Positions 47,402 to 56,727 of a DNA stretch of 64,000 nucleotides are shown in pieces; within the stretch, counting starts at the first letter, position 1, and every line of letters starts with the position of its first letter. Both the position numbers and the translations under genes were made by a program. The notes under the pieces are model-generated. The model worked only from the letters and a program-made list of their open reading frames with translations, searched no databases and was not told where the DNA came from. Source of the DNA: a virus (taxonomy: Duplodnaviria > Caudoviricetes). The DNA lies in the IMG/VR virus record IMGVR_UViG_3300043429_000173, positions 1,489 to 65,488 of that record. One strand, 5' to 3'.

Positions 47402-47752
47402 CTATCCAAATACTATCGTCATTGCAATCATTTTACCTGTGACTGCTGTAGTTAACTGTGTTGGGCCAACTGTCCCTTGTCCTGGTTGAATTATCTGTGT
47501 AATAGGACTTGTATAGTAAATATAAATATTACTTGTACCACTAGGTGGAGCACTTGTAAATGTTATCGTTTGCCCACTGACTGTGTAAGCATCACCTGGA
47601 TTTTGCGGAACGTTTTCAATAACAACCTGAACCTGAGCAACAGATGCCACAAGCCGTGATAGTGTAAATGCTACCGTAGACCCATCACCATTAAAATAAT
47701 CAATGGCTGGAGCAAAAGCTTGAGTTTCGTTAGTGTTCCCAATATATGCCAT
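47402..47752 (-). CDS. Small fibre-like virion protein
   Basis: MAYIGN...FNGDGST..F; shares a domain with the N-terminus of 42865..43971. Confidence 0.65.
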   Translation of the reverse strand: MAYIGNTNETQAFAPAIDYFNGDGSTVAFTLSRLVASVAQVQVVIENVPQNPGDAYTVSGQTITFTSAPPSGTSNIYIYYTSPITQIIQPGQGTVGPTQLTTAVTGKMIAMTIVFG

Positions 47753-47753
47753 A

Positions 47754-48077
47754 TTAGCTCGCTAGAAGGACAGATGCTACTACGTCAGCCGAAGCTGCCG
47801 CACTTGTTACAACCGTTAATGCATCAGATGCAATTAACACAATTCTATTACCTTGCATGACCTCCAATGATCCGCCTACTGGCACTGTCGCGCCTTTAAT
47901 TATGTAGTAGTTAACTGCTGAACGCGTGAAGTATACATCCGTTGTAATAGGCGAAACTGAAGTGTTAGCTACTACAAAGCTTGTTAGTGTAGCTGTTACC
48001 CCTGAACCAACAGTATTTAATACTACAGGCGTAGTCCCTACGTTTTTAGATACATATGAGGTATTAGTGTATGCCAT
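47754..48077 (-). CDS. Small virion structural protein
   Basis: Beta-rich; position in tail cluster. Confidence 0.6.
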   Translation of the reverse strand: MAYTNTSYVSKNVGTTPVVLNTVGSGVTATLTSFVVANTSVSPITTDVYFTRSAVNYYIIKGATVPVGGSLEVMQGNRIVLIASDALTVVTSAAASADVVASVLLAS

Positions 48078-48080
48078 GGT

Positions 48081-49202
48081 TTAGCCCATCATCGTCGATA
48101 AAAACAGCGCTGTACCTTCTGGGTCAGCTGATAATGCAGCCCATGAAGTATTGGTGCCATTTGTTGTTAAATAACTACCAGCGTTACCTGACTGGCTTGG
48201 TGCTAATGCATTAAACGCTGCAGTAGCTGTTGTTTGTCCTGTACCGCCAGCTGCGATAGGTAATGTACCTGCTGTTAAAGCTGAAGCTGATGTTGAATAA
48301 AGTGCGTAGTTTGCTGCAGTAAATGTATTAAGCCCTGTACCACCGTAATTATACGCTACTGGAGTACCTTGCCAAACACCATTAGTGATAACTGTTGAGC
48401 CACCTAAATCTAGGCTATTTGTCCCCCAGTTAACTTCTGAAGGGATTAGCCCTGCACGATTCCAACCACCTGCAACTGAACTAATATCATCAAGATAAAA
48501 TAATGAATACCCGCCAGGAGAAACTACATCTAGTGTAGTATTTCCATAATCTTTTACGGTTAAATTACCTGTAGAGTCATTATCAAATATAAACCAGAAT
48601 CCAATAGGTAGCGTAGTTGCGTCAGGTAACGTAAAGGTTTGCGCGCCTGTACCTTGCAGAGTTTGCCAAAATTTTGAAGCTGCTGTTAAAGCAGTAGTAC
48701 CGCCAGCAGCTGCGACATTATCCACTGACTGTGAAATACGACTAGCAACAATGTCCTCATACCCGTTTCTCAATACAACTGAATTAGGACCGCTTGAAGC
48801 TGTAACGCCTGTACCGCCGTAAGCTACACCAACTGTTGAGCCTTGCCATGTGCCAGAAGTAATTGTACCTAAAGCTGATACGTTGCCTGTGCCGTCTAGA
48901 TTAACTGACTTTTCTGAAGGGTATGTAACCCATACATTGACATCACCAGAGAAGGTAACAGCGCTTCCTGAATTGCTAGAAGATAAAATGGTAGTACGCG
49001 TTAATGTTGGACCAGTTGATGAGTACGTGCCTACACCTACTTCCCAGTTACCTGTTACATCGGTCGCTGCATAGTATGTGGTATTGCCGTTACCAATTAC
49101 CGTAAAGTCTTGGAATCCAAGAACGGTAGAAGTCAGGGTAAAGCTTACCGTGGTATTGGCTGTACCCTGCTGCTGGACGCGATCGTATAACGCTAGAGCC
49201 AT
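48081..49202 (-). CDS. Tail fibre protein
   Basis: DRV...WEVGVGT..TLTR; GGTG repeats; YLTTNGT..SW. Confidence 0.75.
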   Translation of the reverse strand: MALALYDRVQQQGTANTTVSFTLTSTVLGFQDFTVIGNGNTTYYAATDVTGNWEVGVGTYSSTGPTLTRTTILSSSNSGSAVTFSGDVNVWVTYPSEKSVNLDGTGNVSALGTITSGTWQGSTVGVAYGGTGVTASSGPNSVVLRNGYEDIVASRISQSVDNVAAAGGTTALTAASKFWQTLQGTGAQTFTLPDATTLPIGFWFIFDNDSTGNLTVKDYGNTTLDVVSPGGYSLFYLDDISSVAGGWNRAGLIPSEVNWGTNSLDLGGSTVITNGVWQGTPVAYNYGGTGLNTFTAANYALYSTSASALTAGTLPIAAGGTGQTTATAAFNALAPSQSGNAGSYLTTNGTNTSWAALSADPEGTALFLSTMMG

Positions 49203-49213
49203 TTAAGGACTCC

Positions 49214-49822
49214 TTAGCTTGTTGCAGTTGTTGAGTATGTAACGCTTACTGTATCACCAGCTGTTGTAACTTTAGCTACTAGGAATGCACCTGCGCTATA
49301 TAATGTACCGCTTGTGTTACCTAGTGTGCTTGATGCACCTGAACCTGTTACTAAGAAACAACCACCAACTGTACCGCCAGAACTTGTAATTGTATATACA
49401 ATCGGTGTAGCTGCTGATGTTGTTACGTTAGATGGTGTTGTACCTGTTGAGGTTGCTGAGCCAAACACTGCTGTACCGCGCACTGCTGAACCACCAACTG
49501 TGTAGTTAGTGAACTCTGTCCAACCGCCATGTGATGCCATTGTATCTGCAGCTGCAAATGTAGGGCTAGCGCCATCAATCAAACCCAAGAAAGGACCTGT
49601 CACTGAGTAGCTAGAGCCTTTAAGTAATGTGTCTAACATTAACTGTTTGCCTACAGCATTAACTAGGTTAGGGAATGATTCTTCCCATTTCAAATTACCA
49701 GCTGCATCGCGGCATTCAACATGGTAAACGCCTTCGATTCCTACTGTTTCGTTTTTAGCGGCGCCAGCTTGCAACGTAATTGTTGCGCTATCACCTGAGC
49801 CTTGTTTTTGTGGTGCTATCAT
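49214..49822 (-). CDS. Virion structural protein
   Basis: GNLKWEE..PNLV; Thr/Ser-rich. Confidence 0.65.
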   Translation of the reverse strand: MIAPQKQGSGDSATITLQAGAAKNETVGIEGVYHVECRDAAGNLKWEESFPNLVNAVGKQLMLDTLLKGSSYSVTGPFLGLIDGASPTFAAADTMASHGGWTEFTNYTVGGSAVRGTAVFGSATSTGTTPSNVTTSAATPIVYTITSSGGTVGGCFLVTGSGASSTLGNTSGTLYSAGAFLVAKVTTAGDTVSVTYSTTATS

Positions 49823-49831
49823 AATAAACTC

Positions 49832-50251
49832 CTAAGAAATTCTAATAATGGCGTTGTTTGCATCCGCCGTTGGGAATGTAACAGTAAATGTATTCACTGC
49901 GGTTTTATCTTCGCCAAAATTAAGTACAGCTACAGCTGCATTTGTTGTGGCATTATATATCAACGCCCCTCTAGTCGTAAAACTAGCTGGGTTCCAAGTG
50001 ACATTACTAAACGTTACTATCGCCGTTGATCCACTTAAGCTAGGAGTAACCTTTGTTAGCGTGTTCCCACCAGCTGTATACCCTGTACCGGTTACTTCAT
50101 TGGTCGTAGTATATACGGTTGTGCTTGCACTTAAATCTGCATTAGCTGTATACAAAGCAATCTTGTATGTATACGCAGAACCTACATCAAAGTCCTCAAG
50201 CCCTTTAAGTACATTCAATTTGAATACATTGCATAAATTTTGCGTAATCAT
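49832..50251 (-). CDS. Virion structural protein
   Basis: KIALYT...NEV.GTGYTAGG..L, GALIYN, VLNFG.DK. Confidence 0.7.
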   Translation of the reverse strand: MITQNLCNVFKLNVLKGLEDFDVGSAYTYKIALYTANADLSASTTVYTTTNEVTGTGYTAGGNTLTKVTPSLSGSTAIVTFSNVTWNPASFTTRGALIYNATTNAAVAVLNFGEDKTAVNTFTVTFPTADANNAIIRIS

Positions 50252-50877
50252 ACGACTGGTACCCTAACTTGTCCGTTGCGGTATGCATCACGTCTATTCT
50301 TACCATCACCCAACTGTTTGAGTAAGAACATGGCTTCGTCATATCGTTTTTGATATTGAGCCAATACATCAGCCTCACCCTTCATGTACGTATACGCTTC
50401 CAACAACGAACCATACAATAAGGCAGAATCAAAATTGTCACCAAGCCAAGTATTATTAGCAGTGACAATAGACTCAGGATAGTAATAATAGTGCAGCTCA
50501 ACAGAATAGTTACTATCGGGTGTTGGCCCCAAAATGAATGTGTTCTGGTCGAATAAGGCATAATATTCTGGAAGCCCCGTAGATGTAGGTGCGGGATATG
50601 ATGCCCTAATAAAGTTAACATCCTTATCCAACAAGTACTTATAGTTGCCTGAAGCATCAATTACAGCTAACGAAAACGTTGCCAACCAATCAGATGGGCA
50701 AGTTAAATATTTATTATTTACAGTAGTTGTACCTGTCTTATTCCGACGAATAGCAGGGAACTGCACCGAGTTATAAATACGCTGTTCAGCTTCCTTAATA
50801 AACGTGTTTATATCAGCTGTTTCAAACTGATTCTCGGTGTAGCTTTGTATCTCTGCAACTAACTGGGTGTAGTTCAT
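50248..50877 (-). CDS. Head-tail adaptor-like protein
   Basis: MNYTQL...FI..AE.RI, GPTPD..Y, LLYGSL.EA..YMK. Confidence 0.65.
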   Translation of the reverse strand: MNYTQLVAEIQSYTENQFETADINTFIKEAEQRIYNSVQFPAIRRNKTGTTTVNNKYLTCPSDWLATFSLAVIDASGNYKYLLDKDVNFIRASYPAPTSTGLPEYYALFDQNTFILGPTPDSNYSVELHYYYYPESIVTANNTWLGDNFDSALLYGSLLEAYTYMKGEADVLAQYQKRYDEAMFLLKQLGDGKNRRDAYRNGQVRVPVV

Positions 50878-50886
50878 TGGACTACC

Positions 50887-51105
50887 TTATGCTAATGGAC
50901 CACGTGATGTAAAACCTTTAGTTGCTGCACCTTTACCACGTTGTGCAACGCCTGAAGTTTTAACTTGGTTACGGCCTGGATTACCCATGCTTACGCGTGG
51001 GGTACCAGTGTCTTTTCCCATATCACCTGCTTTAAGTGTATTTGGATCTGTATCCCAACCAATATTTGGTGTAGGTACATTTTGTGGTTGTTTATATTCA
51101 GCCAT
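50887..51105 (-). CDS. Small basic protein
   Basis: RGKGAATKG C-terminus. Confidence 0.6.
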   Translation of the reverse strand: MAEYKQPQNVPTPNIGWDTDPNTLKAGDMGKDTGTPRVSMGNPGRNQVKTSGVAQRGKGAATKGFTSRGPLA

Positions 51106-51107
51106 GA

Positions 51108-51302
51108 TTAACCCTTTTTCTGATTAGCTGCACGTGCTAAATTACGACCTACTTTTTTCATGTCGATTGATTTAACTGTGCTTGCTTTACCGCCTTTAGA
51201 AACACCACCATTTACAGGCAACTTAGCACCGTCGATGCCTAATTGTTTGCCTTTAGTTTTACCTTTTGTGTTAATGCCTTGTGCGCCTGATTTGAAAGCC
51301 AT
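51108..51302 (-). CDS. Small basic protein
   Basis: KGKTKG, GRNLAR; AGGAG RBS. Confidence 0.6.
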   Translation of the reverse strand: MAFKSGAQGINTKGKTKGKQLGIDGAKLPVNGGVSKGGKASTVKSIDMKKVGRNLARAANQKKG

Positions 51303-51312
51303 TTTATTACTC

Positions 51313-51735
51313 CTATGTGGTTGTTACGGTCACTGTACCTACTGCAGACACGGCAACCAATTGGTTTACTTCTAAATTAAAAGGATCGTTTAACCCTACT
51401 GGGTTCCATCCCCACTGTATTACTCGGCTACCGACCAATGGTACCCCTGTTGAATTTGGGTTATCACTAGTGGTTTCAGTTAACTGTAATCCATTTAAAC
51501 CTGATTGGAAATATCCTAAATCTGGTCTAGGATCACGTACTGCCTGCGGATCATTTACAGGATACATACCTAATTGCAACTGCGGCTGATCCGGTTCCCA
51601 GCAATCCTTGCACACAAGAATATTAACATTCTTGGTTTTAATTACCAATCGTTTTAACTGACTGAGTTTAAATCTAAAATTACATCTATCGCACTGGGCG
51701 ATTGAAAACTTGCCAGAACTGTATTTACTTGGCAT
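51313..51735 (-). CDS. Conserved Zn-binding protein
   Basis: CDRC...VCKDCWEPDQPQL, DPQAVRDPRPD. Confidence 0.7.
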   Translation of the reverse strand: MPSKYSSGKFSIAQCDRCNFRFKLSQLKRLVIKTKNVNILVCKDCWEPDQPQLQLGMYPVNDPQAVRDPRPDLGYFQSGLNGLQLTETTSDNPNSTGVPLVGSRVIQWGWNPVGLNDPFNLEVNQLVAVSAVGTVTVTTT

Positions 51736-51743
51736 GTCTTATC

Positions 51744-52469
51744 CTAAATAAACTGCATGCGTGGTGCTAGTCGCAGTGACGCTTTCTCACGATCCTCATC
51801 GGCTGCAAGCTGGAACTCTTGCTCATATGCTGATTTAAGCATCTCAATCCGAGGTGCTGCTTCAGGTATCTTTAAACTCAAATGGTATGCAAGTCCTGCA
51901 ACCATACATGGTAAGAACCTGAATGGAATATCTTGTGTATTCGTACCTTCCTCACCAGCGTCTTGAATACGACGTAGTCGGAAATACACGAATGTATAAT
52001 AGTTACTTTGTTCTGGTGCAGGCCACACATTAATTGTAGGGTTTTTAACGCCAGTTACTGGGTAGGTTGCGCCTGATTGACGGTTAATCCACACTTGAAT
52101 CGGACGACCCTGCGCGTTCTTATTAGGAATCGTGATGTATGTAGACTCACTAATCCGTGTGATATTGATGTCTTGTTGGTTCTGTCCTGTACCTGTACGC
52201 ACTACCTGATCTAACAGGTCAATAGTATCAACAGGAAGGGTATACGAAATCTGTCCTTGCACTAATGGAATAGTGCCTTCTTCAATTGTCCAGAGGTTAA
52301 TCCCACGATTAGCCCACTCAATAGTTAATAGGTTTAACGAACGACGAGCTGTACGTAGGTCATAACCAGTACGTAACTCTGAGCCGCAACGCTCAAACGC
52401 CTCTTCTACTAGATTGTTAATATCTAGATTAAATGAGCTGGTGCCTGATGTTGTCGTTGTTAAAGCCAT
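51744..52469 (-). CDS. Head-tail connector / tail tubular A-like protein
   Basis: EEAFERCG, ARRSLNLL..EWANRG, GLAY, EDRE. Confidence 0.65.
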   Translation of the reverse strand: MALTTTTSGTSSFNLDINNLVEEAFERCGSELRTGYDLRTARRSLNLLTIEWANRGINLWTIEEGTIPLVQGQISYTLPVDTIDLLDQVVRTGTGQNQQDINITRISESTYITIPNKNAQGRPIQVWINRQSGATYPVTGVKNPTINVWPAPEQSNYYTFVYFRLRRIQDAGEEGTNTQDIPFRFLPCMVAGLAYHLSLKIPEAAPRIEMLKSAYEQEFQLAADEDREKASLRLAPRMQFI

Positions 52470-52720
52470 TATTTAATTTTCCTGTAAGGTTTAACCTTGC
52501 TTTTAATCTTGTCTGGTTGAGCTACAAACTGTTTACCAGCTGCTTTACCAGCACGTTTTGCTTTGGTTGTTGCTGCATACTCTGCAGGGGACAACGCTTT
52601 TATTGCCTTTTCAGGTAGGTATCGTTCACCTGTTTCGGATGATTTCTTACCTGATTTAGTCCGCCACTTCTGATCGCCCCAAGCTTTTAACGACTTTTGG
52701 CTTTTAGCTAACGCACTCAT
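52469..52720 (-). CDS. Basic protein, DUF5872 C-half-like
   Basis: SLKAW..QKWRT...RYLPEKA...QFV. Confidence 0.6.
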   Translation of the reverse strand: MSALAKSQKSLKAWGDQKWRTKSGKKSSETGERYLPEKAIKALSPAEYAATTKAKRAGKAAGKQFVAQPDKIKSKVKPYRKIK

Positions 52721-52998
52721 TTATACCCGCCACCTGCAGCTTTGTACTTCTTAGCAACTAACTGAGCCTTACGTGCTGACCATTGTCCTGCACCAGTACC
52801 GTGTGTTGCAGCGGATTTAACCTGAGATACAATACGCTTACGTAGTTCAGGTTTTGTATAGTTGCCAGCGGCATTAACTTTACCACCACGTTTATATTGA
52901 TCTACGAATGTAGGGTCGTCCTTACGCTTAATAACCCGAGGCTTAGCCCCGGGCATCTTATCTTTAGCGATACAACCCATACCGCGTGAGGGTCTCAT
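52717..52998 (-). CDS. Basic protein, DUF5872 N-half-like
   Basis: NYTKPELR...GQWSARKAQL...Y...GGGYK. Confidence 0.6.
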   Translation of the reverse strand: MRPSRGMGCIAKDKMPGAKPRVIKRKDDPTFVDQYKRGGKVNAAGNYTKPELRKRIVSQVKSAATHGTGAGQWSARKAQLVAKKYKAAGGGYK

Positions 52999-53439
52999 TT
53001 AGCAGATCTTTCCACGTGTTTTACCACGAACTTCGATACCACCGCCACGAGCCATTTTAGCGCAACCGCCACTTTTAAACGGACGTGGTTTGATGTATTT
53101 ACCTTTTTTATCGACTGGTGGTTTGTCATCTTCTGGCACGTCTTTTACGCTACCGCCTTCAGCATACTTCATAACCTTACCACCTTTTTTAAGCGCTGCT
53201 AGGTTTGACTTCTTACCGCCGTGTAATTGTTTCTCGTGCATACCAACAGCTTTTTTAGCCATTGCTTTATCTTGTTTGATGTCGTCTTTCATAATTCCAC
53301 CTTCTCTAAATTTCTTACCTTTGTCTGCTTGATTAAATTCCTTAGCTACGCTAGTTGGAATTCCCGCTTTTTTGGCAAACGCAGAATTATGTGCTGCGGC
53401 AGCCATGAAGTTTCTTTGTGCTTTACTCTTGCTCGGCAT
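52999..53439 (-). CDS. Lys-rich basic protein
   Basis: MPSKSKAQRNFM; repeated xxxGG motifs; RGKTRG. Confidence 0.65.
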   Translation of the reverse strand: MPSKSKAQRNFMAAAAHNSAFAKKAGIPTSVAKEFNQADKGKKFREGGIMKDDIKQDKAMAKKAVGMHEKQLHGGKKSNLAALKKGGKVMKYAEGGSVKDVPEDDKPPVDKKGKYIKPRPFKSGGCAKMARGGGIEVRGKTRGKIC

Positions 53440-53563
53440 TTTCTTCAACCAATACAGCTTCTTCAGCCGCTGCAGCTTCAGCCGCTAGTTGTTTCTTAGT
53501 TTTCTTAACAGGTGCTTCCTCAACTACAGGAGCGTTACCTTGACCATTTTCGTTAATAATCAT
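53423..53563 (-). CDS. Small protein (46 aa, not in ORF track)
   Basis: AAGGA RBS; MIINENGQGNAPVVEEAPVKK...; fills the gap between genes. Confidence 0.5.
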   Translation of the reverse strand: MIINENGQGNAPVVEEAPVKKTKKQLAAEAAAAEEAVLVEENAEQE

Positions 53564-53564
53564 G

Positions 53565-53765
53565 CTATTTTCCTTTTCCTAACCATCTTTGTACGGTTTT
53601 AGTTTCGTAAATACGAATTGCAGTCCATACGATAGTTAACGCCGCTGCAATCGACGGTAAAATTTGTACTAATGAACCAAGCATAATTCCAATTGAAGTC
53701 CAATCAATGACGTGTTTTGTATGCTCGTTGATCTCTGAAACATGCTTAATCATTAACATTTCCAC
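53565..53765 (-). CDS. Small membrane protein (holin-like)
   Basis: Hydrophobic core, IVWTAIRIYET. Confidence 0.55.
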   Translation of the reverse strand: MEMLMIKHVSEINEHTKHVIDWTSIGIMLGSLVQILPSIAAALTIVWTAIRIYETKTVQRWLGKGK

Positions 53766-54007
53766 CTTTTAAGTGAGGCTGCCTTACGAGTAGGGCGACC
53801 TTTTTCATCTTTCATAGGACCGGGCATACCTGACATACGAGCACAGAATGACTTCTTACGAGGTCCGCCTTCTGGCTGTGGCGCCTTTAGGTTTGATCCT
53901 GTAGCTTTGTTGTACTTAGCACGGCCCTTAGCTGTGAGACCTGCACCTTTAGATACAGGGAGCTTCTCACCTCGACCTACTGCTAATGATGGGTTTTTCT
54001 TAGCCAT
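53753..54007 (-). CDS. Basic conserved phage protein (DUF6321-like, tentative)
   Basis: GLTAKGR, NLKAP, KSFCARM, RWKC. Confidence 0.65.
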   Translation of the reverse strand: MAKKNPSLAVGRGEKLPVSKGAGLTAKGRAKYNKATGSNLKAPQPEGGPRKKSFCARMSGMPGPMKDEKGRPTRKAASLKRWKC

Positions 54008-54500
54008 AGAATACAGTTAAACCAGATAAGTTAGTTACTGATGCATATACACCTGATTCAGCTAAAATTCCTTCACCTGGAATAGGTAATGATACTGTTT
54101 CATTTGCTGCAATATCAATTGAAGTTAGCCAACCTGAAGCTTGAAGCCCTGCTGCACCTGCTGTAATTGAACCTGAGTTAAGATCTTGAACTGTGTATGT
54201 ATTAACACCTGTTACTGTAACTGTGTAATTACCAGTAGTACCTTGACCGCCTGTACCTGCTCCAAGAACTAAACCTACACGAGCACCTGTTGATAACCCG
54301 TGAGCATTGTTTGTTACGGTAATTGTATTACCTGAACGAGCGTAAGTAACTGCAACTGGAGCTGAAGTAGTATCCCATAGATACGCGTATCCTGCACTAC
54401 CGCCACCTGTTACGACGATAGCTTTTAGACGAGCACGTCCAGTTATCATTTGTCCTGTTACGTTAATATGTGCCGAGAGCACATCATATTGCATTGCCAT
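54000..54500 (-). CDS. Virion structural protein
   Basis: AAGGAG RBS; GRARLK, ITVT..AHGL insert, IPGEGI, TVFYG. Confidence 0.65.
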   Translation of the reverse strand: MAMQYDVLSAHINVTGQMITGRARLKAIVVTGGGSAGYAYLWDTTSAPVAVTYARSGNTITVTNNAHGLSTGARVGLVLGAGTGGQGTTGNYTVTVTGVNTYTVQDLNSGSITAGAAGLQASGWLTSIDIAANETVSLPIPGEGILAESGVYASVTNLSGLTVFYG

Positions 54501-54520
54501 AATTAATCTCCTTAGTTTTT

Positions 54521-54540
54521 AAAGAGGGGCCGAAGCCCCT
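54521..54540 (-). terminator. UUCG hairpin, probable weak terminator
   Basis: AGGGGC-TTCG-GCCCCT-CTTT on the minus strand. Confidence 0.7.
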
Positions 54541-54547
54541 AGATTAA

Positions 54548-55012
54548 TTATAGTAAGTTAGTATTTTGTAAGTAACGAACGGTGATTACACCTGAGCCTG
54601 TACCTGTGTTTGCAGTAGCCAAGGCAATACGAACGTCAGTTGTACCTACGTCGATAAATGCATCTGTACGTGTAGGATCTGTACCTGGAGTTACTGAAAC
54701 AATACCAACTGCGTTACCTGTAACAGCGCCTGAAGCTGTAAATGCTGTAGCTAAAGCTGATGTACCTACTGTTAAAGTAGTTGTACCACCTGACATTGCT
54801 GCATCAATGTAGAGTGTAATTTCTACGATTTGGCTGTTTGCTGGAACTACGATTGGTGTGTTTGATGATGTTGCTAAGCCTGCTTGAGTAAAGCGGAAGC
54901 TTTGTCCCATTACTGTTTGACCTACGTTAGCAACGTTTGTACCTAATGTAGTACCTGTTGTATCGCGAATAGTACCCGCACGTAATGGACCTGAGAATGT
55001 GGTATTAGCCAT
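54548..55012 (-). CDS. Probable capsid decoration/minor head protein
   Basis: MANTTFSGP N-terminus; follows the major capsid gene. Confidence 0.6.
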   Translation of the reverse strand: MANTTFSGPLRAGTIRDTTGTTLGTNVANVGQTVMGQSFRFTQAGLATSSNTPIVVPANSQIVEITLYIDAAMSGGTTTLTVGTSALATAFTASGAVTGNAVGIVSVTPGTDPTRTDAFIDVGTTDVRIALATANTGTGSGVITVRYLQNTNLL

Positions 55013-55019
55013 AATATTT

Positions 55020-55090
55020 TCCTTGTGTTATAGCACGTTGTATCCGTTCAGTCTCTATAACGTCTGCTAGGGCAGTCTGAACTGGATAAA
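55020..55090 (-). ncRNA. Structured RNA downstream of capsid gene (Mu-gpT-DE-like candidate)
   Basis: 11-bp closing stem, inner hairpin and 7-bp pseudoknot next to the RBS. Confidence 0.55.
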
Positions 55091-55109
55091 AATTTTCCTA
55101 GATGTGACT

Positions 55110-55138
55110 TTTATACTCCTAATTATTTGATGTGTCAA
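55110..55138 (-). promoter_or_regulatory. Sigma70 promoter just downstream of the capsid terminator
   Basis: TTGACA (55138-33), 17 bp, TATAAA (55115-10). Confidence 0.75.
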
Positions 55139-55165
55139 TAAAAAAGCCCACCGAAGTGGGCTTTT
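55139..55165 (-). terminator. Intrinsic terminator after the major capsid gene
   Basis: AAAAGCCCAC-TTCG-GTGGGCTTTTTT. Confidence 0.9.
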
Positions 55166-55179
55166 CCTAGCTGTGCTTA

Positions 55180-56094
55180 TTAAGCACCTGCTGAACCGTA
55201 CATACCTAACGGATCTGACCAACCGAATGAATAACGCTCACGTGCTTTATAGCGAACGTTACCTGTATCGAAGTCACCGTCCATTGATGTTGCTAATGGA
55301 GTACGAACGAAGTGTTTCATGCCGTTTGGCACATCTGTTGTCAAGAACCAAGCATTGTTGTCGGTCAAGAAGTGGTTAATTGCGTAACCTTCTGGAATTG
55401 AACCGTTGTTTTTCAATGCGTTGACATCGTTGTCAGCAGTACCAACACGTAATTCTGTTTCCAACAAGCGTGTTGCAACGAATTGCAATGATGGTGGAAC
55501 AATCAATTTACGTGGTTTAGCAGCGATCAATAGGCCACGCTCATCAGTCCAAGCTGCGATTTGAATAACTGCATTTTCCAATGAAGTTTCGTTCAAGTCT
55601 GCTGGTGTTGATGGAATGTTGCTGTTTGTACCGCCAGTAACAAGTGGGTGAGATGCACTGAATAGTGGCACACCGTCGCCGCCGTTATATTGACCACCAG
55701 CGTTGAAGCCGTTGTTCAATACGTTAGCTGCTTTAACTTGTTTAGTATATGCCATACCGCGAGCTAATGCTTTAGTGTAGCGAGCAGATAAAGTGTCATA
55801 CAAGTTATCTTCTACTGCTTCTTCAGTCAAGCTGAAGCCTAAAGCGATAGTTTCGTGTGTGTAGCGAGCTGTCCAAGCTTCTTGAGCGTTGTCATAAGCG
55901 ATGGCGTTGCCTTCGTTTTTAACTGGCGCTGCTGAGAAGCCAGACAATTTTGTTTCTTCTTCGAAAGAACGTTCTGAGCTCTCTGTTTCGTAGATCTCTT
56001 GATGTTCTTCACCATAACGTTTGTACTCCAAACCAAACAAAGCATTTAAGCCCGGTAATAGTTCCTTGAGTAGCTGTGCGCGTGAAATAGCCAT
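55180..56094 (-). CDS. Major capsid protein (Mu gpT-like family)
   Basis: MAISRAQLLKELLPGLNALFG, DGVPLFS..HP, LIVPP.L, KARERYSFG; followed by a terminator. Confidence 0.88.
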   Translation of the reverse strand: MAISRAQLLKELLPGLNALFGLEYKRYGEEHQEIYETESSERSFEEETKLSGFSAAPVKNEGNAIAYDNAQEAWTARYTHETIALGFSLTEEAVEDNLYDTLSARYTKALARGMAYTKQVKAANVLNNGFNAGGQYNGGDGVPLFSASHPLVTGGTNSNIPSTPADLNETSLENAVIQIAAWTDERGLLIAAKPRKLIVPPSLQFVATRLLETELRVGTADNDVNALKNNGSIPEGYAINHFLTDNNAWFLTTDVPNGMKHFVRTPLATSMDGDFDTGNVRYKARERYSFGWSDPLGMYGSAGA

Positions 56095-56106
56095 TATTTA
56101 TTCTCC

Positions 56107-56709
56107 TTAATCGCCAACGCCGGTACCATTGTAATACGTATGGATACCAAAGTTAAATTTAACGATACAATCAGTGTATGCGTCACCAACAGTAGAGAAT
56201 GGACCGTTTACAAAATCAACTAAACGCAATGCGATAGTGTTTGTTGTAGCACGAGTAGCCACGTCTAATGAAATTTTTGAATCACCAGTAGTTGTAGAAC
56301 CTGCTGTTTGATTCACACCAAAGTTAGAACCTAGCATTGTTTGAGTCACAGCATCATCTGCTTGGATTTGGAACAATGTGTCAGGATCATCACATACATA
56401 TGCCATAGCATCTGAAGCAACAGTACCAGTAGGCCAGTATTGTGAGTTCAAGAAGTATTTCAATGTAGGGCTTGTGAAAGCACAACCTAAGAACACACCA
56501 ACTGTACCAGCTGGGAATGGATCTGCATTTGTACCTACGTTTGTTACTTTTACAATGGTACCGTCTACACCGATTGCAACAACGTCACCAAAGAAGATGT
56601 TAGCTGCGTAACCGCTAGCGATCTTGATTTGACGTGTTGAGCCAGCGAATTGCTGACCACCAATCAGGTTGATAGGACGTAAACCATATGGGGCTGCTGT
56701 TGTAGCCAT
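56107..56709 (-). CDS. Capsid cement/auxiliary protein
   Basis: PYGLRP, IFFGD.V, GVF.GC, DDP..LF.IQ; directly upstream of capsid. Confidence 0.65.
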   Translation of the reverse strand: MATTAAPYGLRPINLIGGQQFAGSTRQIKIASGYAANIFFGDVVAIGVDGTIVKVTNVGTNADPFPAGTVGVFLGCAFTSPTLKYFLNSQYWPTGTVASDAMAYVCDDPDTLFQIQADDAVTQTMLGSNFGVNQTAGSTTTGDSKISLDVATRATTNTIALRLVDFVNGPFSTVGDAYTDCIVKFNFGIHTYYNGTGVGD

Positions 56710-56727
56710 AGTAGTTCTCCTAAAAAG

